64,000 nt of DNA from Candidatus Lustribacter sp. (lineage in GTDB: Bacteria > Vulcanimicrobiota > Vulcanimicrobiia > Vulcanimicrobiales > Vulcanimicrobiaceae), in contig OZ255842.1 of assembly GCA_965277805.1 (NCBI GenBank), positions 2,816,001 to 2,880,000 on the forward strand, read 5' to 3'. The position numbers and the translations under genes were made by a program. The first letter of the stretch is position 1; each line of letters opens with the position of its first letter. The notes beneath the pieces are model-generated. The model was not told the DNA's origin. It did no database searches and saw nothing but the letters and a program-made list of their open reading frames with translations. This document shows positions 18,077 to 30,253 of this stretch, in pieces.

Positions 18077-19327
18077 TTAGGACTTGCGCGGGAGGACGAG
18101 CGCTACCGTGTAGTGCTGCAGATAAACTTTGGCCATGCGCTGGAGGTCTGCTGGGGTGACGCGATCGATCTGCGCGCCGATCGTTTGCGCGAGCGCCGGA
18201 TCCGCGCCTTCGTTGACGGCGGCGCCGATTTGCCACGCGCGATCGTTCAGGGTCACTGCTTCGAGCGCCCAATCGCCGCGCGCGCTTTCCTTGTAGCGCT
18301 TGATCACGTCCGCCCCAAGCGGCTTGGTCACCGCGCTCTTGAGGATCGCTTGCAGCACGGTCAGGCCGGCGCTCGGATCGACCTGGCTGCCGTTGATCGC
18401 GACGATGAACGACGACGGTTTGACGTCGTAGGTGTAGACGACGTTGATCCCGCGCTCGAAGGCCTCGGGCGTCGTCGTGCTCTGGCGCGAGGCAACGTCG
18501 TTGAGCATCGAACGCAGCACCAGCATCGCGCCGAAGTCGGGATCGTTCATGGCGGGCGCGGCAAAACCGACGAACGCGAACGGAACGCCGATCTCACGCG
18601 AGGTCACGAGGTGCTTGGGTTGGGGACCGAAGGCTTGAGCGGCGAGTACCGGCGGCGCCTCACTGCCGGCGGGCAGCGCGCCGATCACGGCGTTGATCGC
18701 GGTATTCGATGCGTCGTCGACCGCCCCGGTCGCGGTCGCGAAGGCATCGCCGCGCAGGTAGTGGGCGGCGAAGAACGCGGCGACGTCCGCCGGCCCGAGT
18801 TGCGCCAACGACGCGCTCGTGCCGAATGACGGCGCGCCGGCGGTGCCGCGATAATAGGAGTTGCGCAGCATCTCAACGCCGACGGTTACCGGATTCTGCT
18901 CGTCGTCGCCGATGCGATCGGTGAGCCGCGCGCGGGCGGCATTCACCGTCTCGGGCGACGTGTCGAGCGATGCCAACGCGCGCGCGATATCCGCACTCAC
19001 GGCGGGCAGCGCGCTCGGCAGCACTTCAAACGAAAACCGCACGACGCCCGGATCGACCGCGTAGTCGACCGATCCGCCGGCGGCCGCGATGCGGTCGGTC
19101 AGGCGCGTGCCGTCGATCTTGGTGAAGAGCAGCGTCTGCGCGGTCAACGCCGCGAGGCCGTTTTGGGCTGCGATCTGACGCGCGGTGCCGGCACTTACCA
19201 CGAGATCGATGCCGACGAGTTGCGCGCCGGCGTCGCTTTGCGCGTAGAACTTCGTTGCGCCGAGATCGACGGCGTGCGGCGGACCGGAAAGGGCGACGGC
19301 TGCGGCCAGCAGCAGCGGCAGCATCAT
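18077..19327 (-). CDS. Exported M16 (insulinase) family homolog lacking HXXEH
   Basis: Signal peptide; AGTA..QNGLAALTAQTL replaces GLAH..EH; G...SL..L...DV.AFF..HY; ID.VTPADLQRMAK.YL. Confidence 0.8.
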   Translation of the reverse strand: MMLPLLLAAAVALSGPPHAVDLGATKFYAQSDAGAQLVGIDLVVSAGTARQIAAQNGLAALTAQTLLFTKIDGTRLTDRIAAAGGSVDYAVDPGVVRFSFEVLPSALPAVSADIARALASLDTSPETVNAARARLTDRIGDDEQNPVTVGVEMLRNSYYRGTAGAPSFGTSASLAQLGPADVAAFFAAHYLRGDAFATATGAVDDASNTAINAVIGALPAGSEAPPVLAAQAFGPQPKHLVTSREIGVPFAFVGFAAPAMNDPDFGAMLVLRSMLNDVASRQSTTTPEAFERGINVVYTYDVKPSSFIVAINGSQVDPSAGLTVLQAILKSAVTKPLGADVIKRYKESARGDWALEAVTLNDRAWQIGAAVNEGADPALAQTIGAQIDRVTPADLQRMAKVYLQHYTVALVLPRKS

Positions 19328-20640
19328 TGGGGGATCGCCGGTTGCGGCGCGACGCTGATCGAGACGCCGGGCCGATCGAGGTATTTGGCGGCCGTCGCCG
19401 CGACGAACTCAGGCGTGAGCCCGTTCGCCGCGCTCAGGTAAGCGCCGGAAATTCCGCCTTCGCCGGGCGCGTAGCTCGCATTGCCTTCCACAGCGTACCA
19501 GCCGTAGGTGTCGGCCAGTTCGGCCGGGGTCTCGCCGTCGCTGAGGATGTGGTAGATGAATTGATGGCGCGCCGCTTCGAACGCCGCGCTGCTCAGCGGC
19601 CGGCGGATCGCCTGCAGCGCCGCATCGACCGCGGTGCGCGCAGCGGCTTGGTCGCCGCCGCTGGCCGTCATCAAAAACACGCCGGGATCGTGATAGGTCA
19701 CGAACGTTCCGACGACGCTCGAACCCGAGCTGCGAACGGCCTTTTGCACGACACCGGTCTCCGGATAAAACAGGTAGTCGGCGATGAAATCGAACGCCGT
19801 CGCCTCGCGTTCGTTGCTGATCGGCGGCCCGGCCCAGCCGAGTCCAAAACCCGGCTCGACCCCGCGGGCCGAAACCGGACCGCTGATGGGGGCCAGTGTT
19901 TCCGGAGCGGGCTTCTCGGCTCCGGCCGCCGCGTCTTCACGTCCCGGCAACGCTGAAGCGAGCACCGACGTGTCGACCGCACCGGTGACGACGAGGACCG
20001 CGTTCGCGGGCCGGAACGCGCGCTCGGCATAGGAACGCACCGCATCGATCGTGAGCGTAGAAAACGAACCGCTCGAACCATAGGGCGGAATCTTCGCCGG
20101 ACCGGCCGCGAAGAGTGCCGCGTAGATGGCATCGGTGATGGCCGCGCCGCGATCGTAGGCGCGCACCGTGCCGTCTTGGATCACGCTGCGGCGCGCCGCG
20201 ACGAGGCCGGGCTCGCTCATGACGGGTGAAAAATACGAGCGCGTCATTGCGCGCACCGCGTCGGCCGCGCGATCGGCCGGCACCACCACCGAAATCGCGA
20301 TGCTCTCCGGGTACGTGCTGATCCTGAGCCGTCCGCCGGCTTGGTGCACGAAGGCCGAGAGCGACGTGCCGGTGACCGGCTGCGAGGCGGCGACCGCCGA
20401 GGCCGCGAGACGGCCGAGACCCGGCACCGCATCGCCCGCAAAGCCGGCGGCCGGTGCACGGTACCAGAGCGCGACGGCCGCGACCGAGGCGCCGCCTTCG
20501 GGCCGCACCAGATACGTGCCGCCGCCGGCCAGCGAGCCCGTGAGCGCCGCCGGTGCCGCTGGATCCGGGCCCGCGCCGGCCGTAGAAACAACGAGGGCCG
20601 CGCCAACCAGCGCGGCCCTCACGACGGCGCCGATGCGCAC
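19324..20640 (-). CDS. Exported M16 (insulinase) family homolog lacking HXXEH
   Basis: Signal peptide; VA.ALWYRA..PGLGRLAASAV; LTIDAVRSY...FRPANAVLVVTG; LTPE.V.ATAAKYL. Confidence 0.8.
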   Translation of the reverse strand: MRIGAVVRAALVGAALVVSTAGAGPDPAAPAALTGSLAGGGTYLVRPEGGASVAAVALWYRAPAAGFAGDAVPGLGRLAASAVAASQPVTGTSLSAFVHQAGGRLRISTYPESIAISVVVPADRAADAVRAMTRSYFSPVMSEPGLVAARRSVIQDGTVRAYDRGAAITDAIYAALFAAGPAKIPPYGSSGSFSTLTIDAVRSYAERAFRPANAVLVVTGAVDTSVLASALPGREDAAAGAEKPAPETLAPISGPVSARGVEPGFGLGWAGPPISNEREATAFDFIADYLFYPETGVVQKAVRSSGSSVVGTFVTYHDPGVFLMTASGGDQAAARTAVDAALQAIRRPLSSAAFEAARHQFIYHILSDGETPAELADTYGWYAVEGNASYAPGEGGISGAYLSAANGLTPEFVAATAAKYLDRPGVSISVAPQPAIPQ

Positions 20641-20642
20641 CG

Positions 20643-22559
<1,917 letters not shown>

Positions 22560-22650
22560 GGTTGGTGAGACTTTCGTACCGTTCTTTCTGACCGAACGTT
22601 TCTCGCTTCAACCCATGTCGGCGGCATACCGTGGCAAGATCTCAGAGCTC

Positions 22651-23241
22651 CTATTCGGGATCTGAGAAGATGTCCGGGCGGAGTTTCGCGATGTAGGGCA
22701 GAGTCCGGTACCGTTCTTGATAGTCCAAACCGTACCCTACGATAAACTCGTCAGGACATGTCAATCCCACGTAATCGGCCTTAACGTTGGCGATCCGGCG
22801 GTAGGGCTTGTCGAGCAAGACCGCCGAGCGCAAGGACAGCGGCTTCCGGGCCGAGAGCAGCGCGTTGAGGTACGAAAGGGTGAGACCATTGTCGATGATG
22901 TCCTCGACGATGACCACGCGGCGCCCCTCAATAGCGTGGGTGGTATCCTGGATGAGGCGCACCTCACCGGAGGAGCGGCTGGCGTTGCCGTAGCTCGAGA
23001 CCGCGATCACGTCGAGGTAGACCCGGGCCGGGCCCGGTTGGAGCCCGTCGAGCTCCCGGGCGAGGTCGGAGAGCACGTGGACTGCGCCCTTGAGGACCCC
23101 GAGCAGCAGCACGTCCTCGCCGACGTGGTCGCGGGCGATTTGCTCGGCGAGCGAGCGGATCGCGGCGGCGATCTCGGCCTCGCTGAACAGCACGCATTCC
23201 AGATCGGGGTGGAGCGCTCGCGCCGAAGGCTGTGACGTCAT
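22651..23241 (-). CDS. hpt: Hypoxanthine phosphoribosyltransferase
   Basis: GVLKGA, SSYG, VIVEDIIDNGLTL, LLDKP, FIVGYGLDY. Confidence 0.95.
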   Translation of the reverse strand: MTSQPSARALHPDLECVLFSEAEIAAAIRSLAEQIARDHVGEDVLLLGVLKGAVHVLSDLARELDGLQPGPARVYLDVIAVSSYGNASRSSGEVRLIQDTTHAIEGRRVVIVEDIIDNGLTLSYLNALLSARKPLSLRSAVLLDKPYRRIANVKADYVGLTCPDEFIVGYGLDYQERYRTLPYIAKLRPDIFSDPE

Positions 23242-23259
23242 CCCCGGGCCTTCGCGAAA

Positions 23260-24459
23260 CTAGCCGAGCGTTGCCTTCGCCGTCGCGGCCGCGGGCGTAA
23301 CGACACGCAGCACGACGACGGCGATCGCCAGCGCCGCGGTCAGCACCAGCGCGACCGCGATCACGGTGCCGGTCCATCCGCTCGCACCGTATACGATGCC
23401 GCCGAGCGAACCGAGCACGCTCGACCCCAAATAGTAGGCGAAGAGATAGAGTGCGGTCGCGTGCGCCCGGCCCTGCATTGCGCGGCGCCCGACCCAGCTG
23501 CTTGCAACCGAATGTGCGCCGAAGAACCCGATCGTCAGCACCGTGATGCCGCCGATGATGGTGATCAGATTGCCGGCGAGCGTGATCAGCACGCCGGCGA
23601 GAAAGATCAGCTCGCTGATCCAAAGCACGTTGCGCCGGCCGAAGCGATCGGCGAGCCGCCCCGCGACTGCCGATGCGGCACTGCCGAGCAGATACACGAC
23701 GAAGATCGCGCCGATCGCGGATTGGCTGAGCGCGAACGGCGGCAAGGCCAAGCGAAAGCCGACATAATTGTAGATCGTCACGAACGCGCCCATGATGAGG
23801 AAGCTCGTCACGTAGAGCCACGGCAAACCGGCGTCGGCGATGTGCGCGCGGTATGCGGCGACGTGTTCGCGCGGCGACTGCGGACGCGGCGTGAAGTTGC
23901 TCGACGCGGGCAGCAACAGCGCGACCGCGATCGCGCAGGCGATGCCGACCGCACCGATCGCCACGAGCGCCATCCGCCAGCCCGCCGCATCGGCAACGAA
24001 GCCGACGATGAAGCGCCCCGACATGCCGCCGAGCGCGGTGCCCGCAACGTAGAGGCCCATCGAGAATCCGAGCGCCGCGGGCGCCACCTCTTCGCTGATG
24101 TAGGCCATCGCGATCGCGGGCACGCCGCTGATCGCAACGCCTTCGAGCAGCCGCAGCCCGAGCAGCGTGGGGAAGTTCGGTGCGGCCGCGCACAAGAACG
24201 TGATCGCGCTCGAGATCGCGAGCGACGCAACGATCGGGAGCTTGCGGCCGAGCGTCTCCGAGAGCGAGCCCGCGACGAATAGCGCGACGGCGAGCGCCAG
24301 CGTGGTGGCCGAGAGCACCAGGCTCGCAGTCGCCGGCGCAACCGCGAACTCGCGCGCGAGCGCGGGCAGCAGCGGCTGCACGTCGTAGAGCGCCGCAAAC
24401 GTTGCAAAACCAGCCAGCAGCAACGCAAAGCTGGCTAGCCAATACCGCCGCGTGTTCAC
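23260..24459 (-). CDS. MFS transporter (YnfM/YybF-like)
   Basis: About 12 TMs; FAALYDVQPLLP, AMAYISEEV, MGLYVAG..LGGMSGR. Confidence 0.88.
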   Translation of the reverse strand: MNTRRYWLASFALLLAGFATFAALYDVQPLLPALAREFAVAPATASLVLSATTLALAVALFVAGSLSETLGRKLPIVASLAISSAITFLCAAAPNFPTLLGLRLLEGVAISGVPAIAMAYISEEVAPAALGFSMGLYVAGTALGGMSGRFIVGFVADAAGWRMALVAIGAVGIACAIAVALLLPASSNFTPRPQSPREHVAAYRAHIADAGLPWLYVTSFLIMGAFVTIYNYVGFRLALPPFALSQSAIGAIFVVYLLGSAASAVAGRLADRFGRRNVLWISELIFLAGVLITLAGNLITIIGGITVLTIGFFGAHSVASSWVGRRAMQGRAHATALYLFAYYLGSSVLGSLGGIVYGASGWTGTVIAVALVLTAALAIAVVVLRVVTPAAATAKATLG

Positions 24460-25319
24460 GCGCCGGGTTCGATCTCGCCGTTGACCGCTTCGACGCCGGG
24501 CTTCAGAAACACGCGCGCGCCGGGCGCCGCGTCGAGCGCGGCTTCGATGCGCTCGAACGGAATGTCGCGCAAGAGGTCGCGCTCGCGCAGGCGCTCGCGC
24601 AGATCCTTGCGCGCGCGCGCACGCTCGTCGCCCGAACGTTCGGCGCGCACGATCTCGGCGCAGCGCGCGACCGATACATCGAGTTGCGGAAAGTCGGCCC
24701 GCAAATCGTCGAGCCGCGCGCGCAGCGCGTTGCGCCGGTAGCGCACGTGCGCGTTCGTCGGATCGAGCGCGTACGGCAATCCGATCCGCCGCAGTTCGGC
24801 GTGCAGTTCGGCGTGCGTGACGCGCAGGAACGGACGCACGAGATCGATGCCCTCGGCAAGCGGGCGGCGCGGCGGCATGCCCGCGAGGCCGTCGAGTCCG
24901 CTGCCGCGGAAGAGCGCGAGCAGCACCGTCTCGGTTTGATCTTCCGCGCAGTGCGCGGTCGCGATCGCGGTTGCGCCGCAGTCGCGCGCGATCGCCTCCA
25001 GCGCCGCATAGCGCGCCGTGCGCAGCGCGGCTTCATCATCGTCCGCGCTCACGGCCGCAACGCGCACCGGACGGTCGAGGCGCGCGCCGAGCGAGAGCAC
25101 GACGCATTCATCTTGCCACGCCGACGCGCGCAATCCGTGATTGACGTGCGCGAGCACGACCGAGAAATCATCGGCCCGCCCGATGCGGTCGAGCACGGCC
25201 GCCAGCACGACCGAGTCCGGGCCGCCCGACGTCGCGACGACGACGGTCGCGCCCGCGGGCACGCGCAGCGTGCGCCGCACGCGGTTATCGAGAAACGCGC
25301 CCGGCCGCGCGCCGCGCAT
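24456..25319 (-). CDS. tilS: tRNA(Ile)-lysidine synthetase, short form
   Basis: SGGPDS, HVNHGLR, R.ARY, TAH..EDQTET, RPFL, DPTN....YRRN. Confidence 0.9.
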   Translation of the reverse strand: MRGARPGAFLDNRVRRTLRVPAGATVVVATSGGPDSVVLAAVLDRIGRADDFSVVLAHVNHGLRASAWQDECVVLSLGARLDRPVRVAAVSADDDEAALRTARYAALEAIARDCGATAIATAHCAEDQTETVLLALFRGSGLDGLAGMPPRRPLAEGIDLVRPFLRVTHAELHAELRRIGLPYALDPTNAHVRYRRNALRARLDDLRADFPQLDVSVARCAEIVRAERSGDERARARKDLRERLRERDLLRDIPFERIEAALDAAPGARVFLKPGVEAVNGEIEPGA

Positions 25320-25813
25320 TAGCTGGTCGCGCGCTCCAGGTCGCGCTTCGCGTCGCGCTCGGCGATCGTGCGGCGCTTGTCCCAGATCTTCTTGCCGCGC
25401 ATCAGTCCCAGTTCGAGCTTCACCCGCCCGCGCTTGAAGTACAGCCGCAGCGGGATCAGCGTGAGGCCCTTTTCGGCCGCGCGTCCGGTCAGCCGTTCGA
25501 GCTGCTCCTTGTGCAAGAGCAGCTTGCGCGGGCGGCCGGGCTCGTGGTTGAAGATGCTGCCTTCCTTATACGGGGGAATGGTGAAGTTGACGAGCCACAG
25601 CTCGCCGTCGCGCACGCGGGCAAAGCCCTCGTTGAGGCTGAGGTTGCCGTTGCGAATCGACTTGATCTCGGTGCCGCTGAGCGCAACGCCGACCTCGAGC
25701 GACTCGAGTTTCTCGTATTCGAAGCGCGCCCGGCGATTGTCGAACGTCGGCTCCTTTGCTGCGCTCTTCTGCTCGCCCGCGGCCGCCGCTTTGCGCGCGA
25801 CTTTGGATTTCAT
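25319..25813 (-). CDS. smpB: SsrA-binding protein
   Basis: NRRARFEY, G.ALSGTEIKSIR, RKLLLHK, GKK.WDKR. Confidence 0.96.
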   Translation of the reverse strand: MKSKVARKAAAAGEQKSAAKEPTFDNRRARFEYEKLESLEVGVALSGTEIKSIRNGNLSLNEGFARVRDGELWLVNFTIPPYKEGSIFNHEPGRPRKLLLHKEQLERLTGRAAEKGLTLIPLRLYFKRGRVKLELGLMRGKKIWDKRRTIAERDAKRDLERATS

Positions 25814-26217
25814 AGCGGACCAAGAGACACGAAGGTGCCCTCGGCGGTTGCGAGGACCGTGCCGTCTTCGAGCGTCAGGCTTGCTTCGAGGAAGAGGACG
25901 TTGCGGCGGCGCTCCTTGTAGCGGCCGCGCATCACGAGCGTTTCGCCGAGCGGCACGGGCTTGCGAAAGCGGATCTCGCACGACGCGGTCGTCGCCCGCT
26001 CGCCGATGAAACGGCACGCGTGCGCCATCGCTTCGTCGAGCAGCATCATCACGATCCCGCCGTGGGTCACGCCGCGATAGCCCTGCAGGCGCGGGCCCAG
26101 CATCACTTGGCTGCGCGCGCCGTCGCTGCCGTCCGGCTCGAACTCCAAATGCAGGCCGTCGGGGTTATGCGGCCCGCACGCAAAGCAGCGCCGGTCGTCA
26201 ACAAATTCTTCGATCAT
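25810..26217 (-). CDS. PaaI-family hotdog thioesterase
   Basis: CFACG..NP.GL and QGY.G.THGG....LLDE motifs. Confidence 0.88.
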   Translation of the reverse strand: MIEEFVDDRRCFACGPHNPDGLHLEFEPDGSDGARSQVMLGPRLQGYRGVTHGGIVMMLLDEAMAHACRFIGERATTASCEIRFRKPVPLGETLVMRGRYKERRRNVLFLEASLTLEDGTVLATAEGTFVSLGPL

Positions 26218-27083
26218 TTGGGCAGCTTCGCCAGCAGCGTCCGCGCGTATTCTACGTCGACCCCGGCCGCGATCGATGCATTCAAGACGCGGCGCGCGTC
26301 GGCCGGGCGCTTCTCGTCCAAGTAAATGCGGGCCAGGAGTGTATAGCCGTGCCGGCCGGCCTCACCGACGTGACCGACGTCGATCTCGAGACCGCGCGTC
26401 GCATAGTCGGCGGCGGCGGGATACTGCCGCAGATCGTCCAGCAGCGAGGCGATGTGGAAGTCGATGTCGGCGTACTGCGGCACGACGTTGGGCACGTCGA
26501 TCGCGTAGCTCAGGCCGCGCTGCGGATCCTTGAGATCGACTTGATAGAGCGTGGCGAGGTATTCGCGCGCCAGCACGTCGTTCGGATCGTGCGCGAGCGC
26601 GGCGAGGAACTCCACCTTGGCCCGGTTCGCGCTGCGCTCGTTCATGCGCAGGATGCCGAGGCCGACGTGCGCGCCGGCCGCGTCCGGAGCGGCGGCCAAC
26701 GCGGCCGTGAAGGCTTCGCGCGCATCGGCGTCGCGATCGCGTCCGGCCGCAGTCGCGAACAAGTACGAGAAACCCAATCGCAGCTGCGTCGTGTAGCCGT
26801 GCGGATCGGCGACGAGCCGGTCTTCTTCCGTCGCGATCAACGCGTCCAAATTGCCCGGGGATTGCGCTGCCGCGGCATTGAGAAATGCGATCGCGAGCGT
26901 GTTGTCGGGTGCGGCGGCGAGGGCTGCTTCGAACTTCGTGCTCGCCGCGGTGAAATCGCGCTGATAGAACGCGCGCAGACCGCTATCGAGCGGCGCGTTG
27001 AAGGCCGCGTCGGCATACGCGCCGCCGGTCACAACCGCGAATGCCAGGGTCGCGTGTGCGAAGAGCGTTCCCACGGCGGTCAT
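26214..27083 (-). CDS. Exported TPR-repeat protein
   Basis: Signal peptide and TPR-like helices; ATGA overlap with the upstream gene. Confidence 0.75.
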   Translation of the reverse strand: MTAVGTLFAHATLAFAVVTGGAYADAAFNAPLDSGLRAFYQRDFTAASTKFEAALAAAPDNTLAIAFLNAAAAQSPGNLDALIATEEDRLVADPHGYTTQLRLGFSYLFATAAGRDRDADAREAFTAALAAAPDAAGAHVGLGILRMNERSANRAKVEFLAALAHDPNDVLAREYLATLYQVDLKDPQRGLSYAIDVPNVVPQYADIDFHIASLLDDLRQYPAAADYATRGLEIDVGHVGEAGRHGYTLLARIYLDEKRPADARRVLNASIAAGVDVEYARTLLAKLPK

Positions 27084-27808
27084 CGGCCGACGAGCAAACG
27101 GCGCGCCAGCGCTTCGGGCAGGTGCGCGGAGACGATCTTCTCCTGCACTTGCGCGATCGGATAATCGAAGCGCACGATGTCGACCGTTCGCGCATCGGAG
27201 TCGTAGAGGGCGAACGACGAACGCGGGTTGAGATCGCGCGGCTGCCCGACGCTGCCGACGTTGACGATGTAGCGCGTACCCGGCTCCAGCACCACCTGGC
27301 CGCCCTGCTGGAGATGCTTGTGCGAAATCGTGCCGTCGGGCTCGAGCCCGTAGTATTCGGCGATGTGCGTGTGGCCGATGAAGATGATCGGCGCATCCGT
27401 CGCCGCGAACGCCCGCCCGGCGCCGGCCTTGTCGAGGATGTACTCGAAGTAGTTCTTCGGCGCGCCGTGCACGAGCAAGAACTCGGGCATGCGGAATTCG
27501 TAACCCAGCGAATTCAGCCACGCTTTGCTCTCGGCGCTGATGACGCGCTGCGTCCAGCGCATCGCTTCGCGCGCCGCGGGGTTGAAGTAATTCAAGCCGA
27601 AATTGTCGATCGCCGCGACATCGTGATTGCCGAGCACGACCGCGGTCGCGAGGTGGCGGATCTTGGCGACGCACTCGTTCGGATTGGGACCGTAGCCGAC
27701 GATATCTCCCAGACACAGGAGCTTGTCGTCCGGCCGCGTTAGCGCGAGCGCAGCGTCGAGAGCCTCGATGTTCGAGTGAACGTCCGAGAGGACCGCGTAA
27801 CGCGGCAC
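27080..27808 (-). CDS. Metallophosphoesterase family protein
   Basis: SDVHSN, LGDIVGYG, GNHD, GHTH, NVGSVGQPRD. Confidence 0.9.
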   Translation of the reverse strand: MPRYAVLSDVHSNIEALDAALALTRPDDKLLCLGDIVGYGPNPNECVAKIRHLATAVVLGNHDVAAIDNFGLNYFNPAAREAMRWTQRVISAESKAWLNSLGYEFRMPEFLLVHGAPKNYFEYILDKAGAGRAFAATDAPIIFIGHTHIAEYYGLEPDGTISHKHLQQGGQVVLEPGTRYIVNVGSVGQPRDLNPRSSFALYDSDARTVDIVRFDYPIAQVQEKIVSAHLPEALARRLLVGR

Positions 27809-27809
27809 G

Positions 27810-28925
27810 TCAGCTCACGCGTTCGCGCAAAGCGTCGAGCGCGGCGGAAAACTCTTCGTAGAACAGCTCCCGCTCTTCGGCGGTACCGACGGTCACGCGG
27901 ATGTAGCCGTTGATCGGCGGTTCGCCCGGCTTACGCACGAACACGCCGCGTTCGAGCAGCGCGTGCATCATCGCTTCGGCCGCTTGGCGCGAGCCGATCT
28001 CGAAGCACACGAAGTTGGTTTGCGACGGCAGCGTGCGCACGCCGGTCCGCGCCGCGAACGCCTGGTACTCATCGCGCCCGCGCACCACCTCGGCCACGAC
28101 GTGTTTCGCGAACGCGCGATCGTCGAGCGCGGCGAGCGCGCCGATCTGGGCCGTGCGGTTCACTCCGAAGTGGTTGCGAATCTTCTGGAAGGTAGCGATG
28201 GCCTCGCGCGAGGCGAGTGCGTAGCCGACGCGCGCTCCGGCCATGCCGTACATCTTGGAGAACGTATAGAGGCGGATCGTGCGCTCGTCGATGCCCTCGG
28301 GCAAACGCGTTCCGCTGGTGACGAAATCCGCGTATGCCTCGTCGAGCACGAACAGCGTCTGCGGCGGCAAGCCGTCGCGCAGGCGCACGACATCAGCGGC
28401 GTCGATGAAGGTGCCGCTCGGGTTGTCGGGATTCGCCAGATAGACGATCTTCGGCTGGAGTTCATGGGCCCGCGCGAGCATCGCATCGACGTCGACCCGG
28501 CCATCGGAAAACGGCGGCACCGTGTGCAGTTCGAGTCCGTGCCCGCGTACCTGAAAGGCGAAGGTGGCATAGCTGCCGTGCGACATCAGCACCGGATCGC
28601 CGAGCGCACCGTAGGTGCGGCAGATCAGGCCGAGCAGTTCATCGACGCCCGAGCCGACGACGATGTTCTCGATCTTGCAGCCGTGGCGTGCCGCCAGCGC
28701 CGTGCGCAAATCGACAGATTCCGGGTCGCCGTAATGGGAGATCAGCGGCAGCGCGGCTTGCATCGCGGCGAGCGCTTTGGGCGAGGGCCCGAACGCGCTC
28801 TCGTTCGCCCCGAGCCGAACCAGCGTCGCGCGGCCGACGCGGCGCGCGAGTTCTTCCGGCGCGACGAACGGCGTCGTCGCCGGCACGGCGCGGATCGCCG
28901 GCGCGGGCTGCGGGTGAACGGACAT
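27810..28925 (-). CDS. Class I/II PLP aminotransferase (HisC-like)
   Basis: LGANES, ANPDNPSG, LDEAY, TFSKMYGMAGARVGY. Confidence 0.88.
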   Translation of the reverse strand: MSVHPQPAPAIRAVPATTPFVAPEELARRVGRATLVRLGANESAFGPSPKALAAMQAALPLISHYGDPESVDLRTALAARHGCKIENIVVGSGVDELLGLICRTYGALGDPVLMSHGSYATFAFQVRGHGLELHTVPPFSDGRVDVDAMLARAHELQPKIVYLANPDNPSGTFIDAADVVRLRDGLPPQTLFVLDEAYADFVTSGTRLPEGIDERTIRLYTFSKMYGMAGARVGYALASREAIATFQKIRNHFGVNRTAQIGALAALDDRAFAKHVVAEVVRGRDEYQAFAARTGVRTLPSQTNFVCFEIGSRQAAEAMMHALLERGVFVRKPGEPPINGYIRVTVGTAEERELFYEEFSAALDALRERVS

Positions 28926-30193
28926 CAGCGGCCGCCGCTGCTGTAGCGCCGCACGCTGACGGTTTCGCCGGCGTCGATCCTCGCATTGCCGGGCCCGACC
29001 ACGACGTAGCCGTGCGTGCGCGCCAACAGGCTCGTGTTCGCCGAGTGCAACGCCAAGGGCGACGTGTACACGTGGCCGCCGGCGTAGCGAATTTCAGCCG
29101 GAATGAACCACGTCCAGCCGTCGCGCCCGGCGAACGGCCGCTCGACGACGGCAGCGATCGAGTTGTCCGGGGTCGCCGACTCGCCGGCGAGGCGCGAGAA
29201 GACCGGGGCCGCCACGGCTTCCAGGATCATCAACGAGGAAGCGGGGTTGCCGGGCAAACCGATGACCGGCTTGCCGTCGAGCATCGCGAACACCGTCGGC
29301 TTGCCGGGCTTCACCCGCAGGCCGTGGACGATGACGCCGGGCTTTCCCAATTGGTCGATGACGCGCGGGGTCAGATCGCGCACGCCGACCGACGATCCGC
29401 CCGTCAGCACGACCGCATCGGCAACGGCGAGGGCCGAGCGCAGTGCATCGGCCAGGGCTTCGGGCGTATCGATGGCCACCGGACGCTGTACGGGCAGGCA
29501 GCCGAGAGCGATCAGCGAGCCGGCGATGGCCCAGCGGTTCGAATCGCGCACCTGGCCGCGGCCCGGTTTGCTGGCGGCGTCGACCAGCTCGTCGCCGGTG
29601 GAAACGATGGCCACCCGGGGTTGCCGGTACACCGGTACGCTGGCGATCCCGAGCGTGGCCAGCACGGCCAACTCCGGCCCGCCGATCCGGCGGCCGGCTT
29701 CGAGCACGCAGTCGCCCGGACGCATGTCCGACCCGGCGGGCGTGATGTTCTCGCCGGGCTCGAGGGTTTCGATCGGAACGATCATTGGGGCGTCACCGGC
29801 CTGCGTTTCGACCGTGTCTTCTACCGGAACGACCGCGTCGGCCCCGGCCGGGACGACGCCGCCGGTCGGAATGCGCATCGCCTCGCCCGGGCGGATGCCC
29901 GCCGGCGGCGCATGGCCCATCCGTACTTCCCCCGTAACCCGGCGCCCGCTGCGGCCATCGGCCGCGACCACGGCAAAGCCGTCCATCGTCGAACGCGCAT
30001 CGGCGGGATAATCGGAATCGGCCACGGCTGCGACGGCGAGGATGCGGCCGGCCGCATCCGCGAGCCCAACGTACTCAACTGCCGGCGGCGCGATCGTGAC
30101 GGCTGCGAAGTACGCGGCGCGGGCTTCCTCCGGCGTGAGGAGCTGCTCGACGTCGAACCCCTCGCCCGGTTTGAGAACTTGCGGTGCGGCCAT
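28925..30193 (-). CDS. moeA: Molybdopterin molybdotransferase
   Basis: STMDGFAV, STGDELV, TGGSSVG.RD, VKPGKP, GLPGNPAS. Confidence 0.93.
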   Translation of the reverse strand: MAAPQVLKPGEGFDVEQLLTPEEARAAYFAAVTIAPPAVEYVGLADAAGRILAVAAVADSDYPADARSTMDGFAVVAADGRSGRRVTGEVRMGHAPPAGIRPGEAMRIPTGGVVPAGADAVVPVEDTVETQAGDAPMIVPIETLEPGENITPAGSDMRPGDCVLEAGRRIGGPELAVLATLGIASVPVYRQPRVAIVSTGDELVDAASKPGRGQVRDSNRWAIAGSLIALGCLPVQRPVAIDTPEALADALRSALAVADAVVLTGGSSVGVRDLTPRVIDQLGKPGVIVHGLRVKPGKPTVFAMLDGKPVIGLPGNPASSLMILEAVAAPVFSRLAGESATPDNSIAAVVERPFAGRDGWTWFIPAEIRYAGGHVYTSPLALHSANTSLLARTHGYVVVGPGNARIDAGETVSVRRYSSGGR

Positions 30194-30253
30194 GAAACCA
30201 AAATTCTGCGTTGCACGCAAATACCCGTGCTCCGGCGAAAGCGGGTGCCCTTA

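Noticed and set aside
28688-30253. 959-aa ORF suggesting a long N-terminal fusion to SerS
   Set aside because: The extension is the antisense shadow of moeA; SerS begins at ATG 30254 (MLDL).
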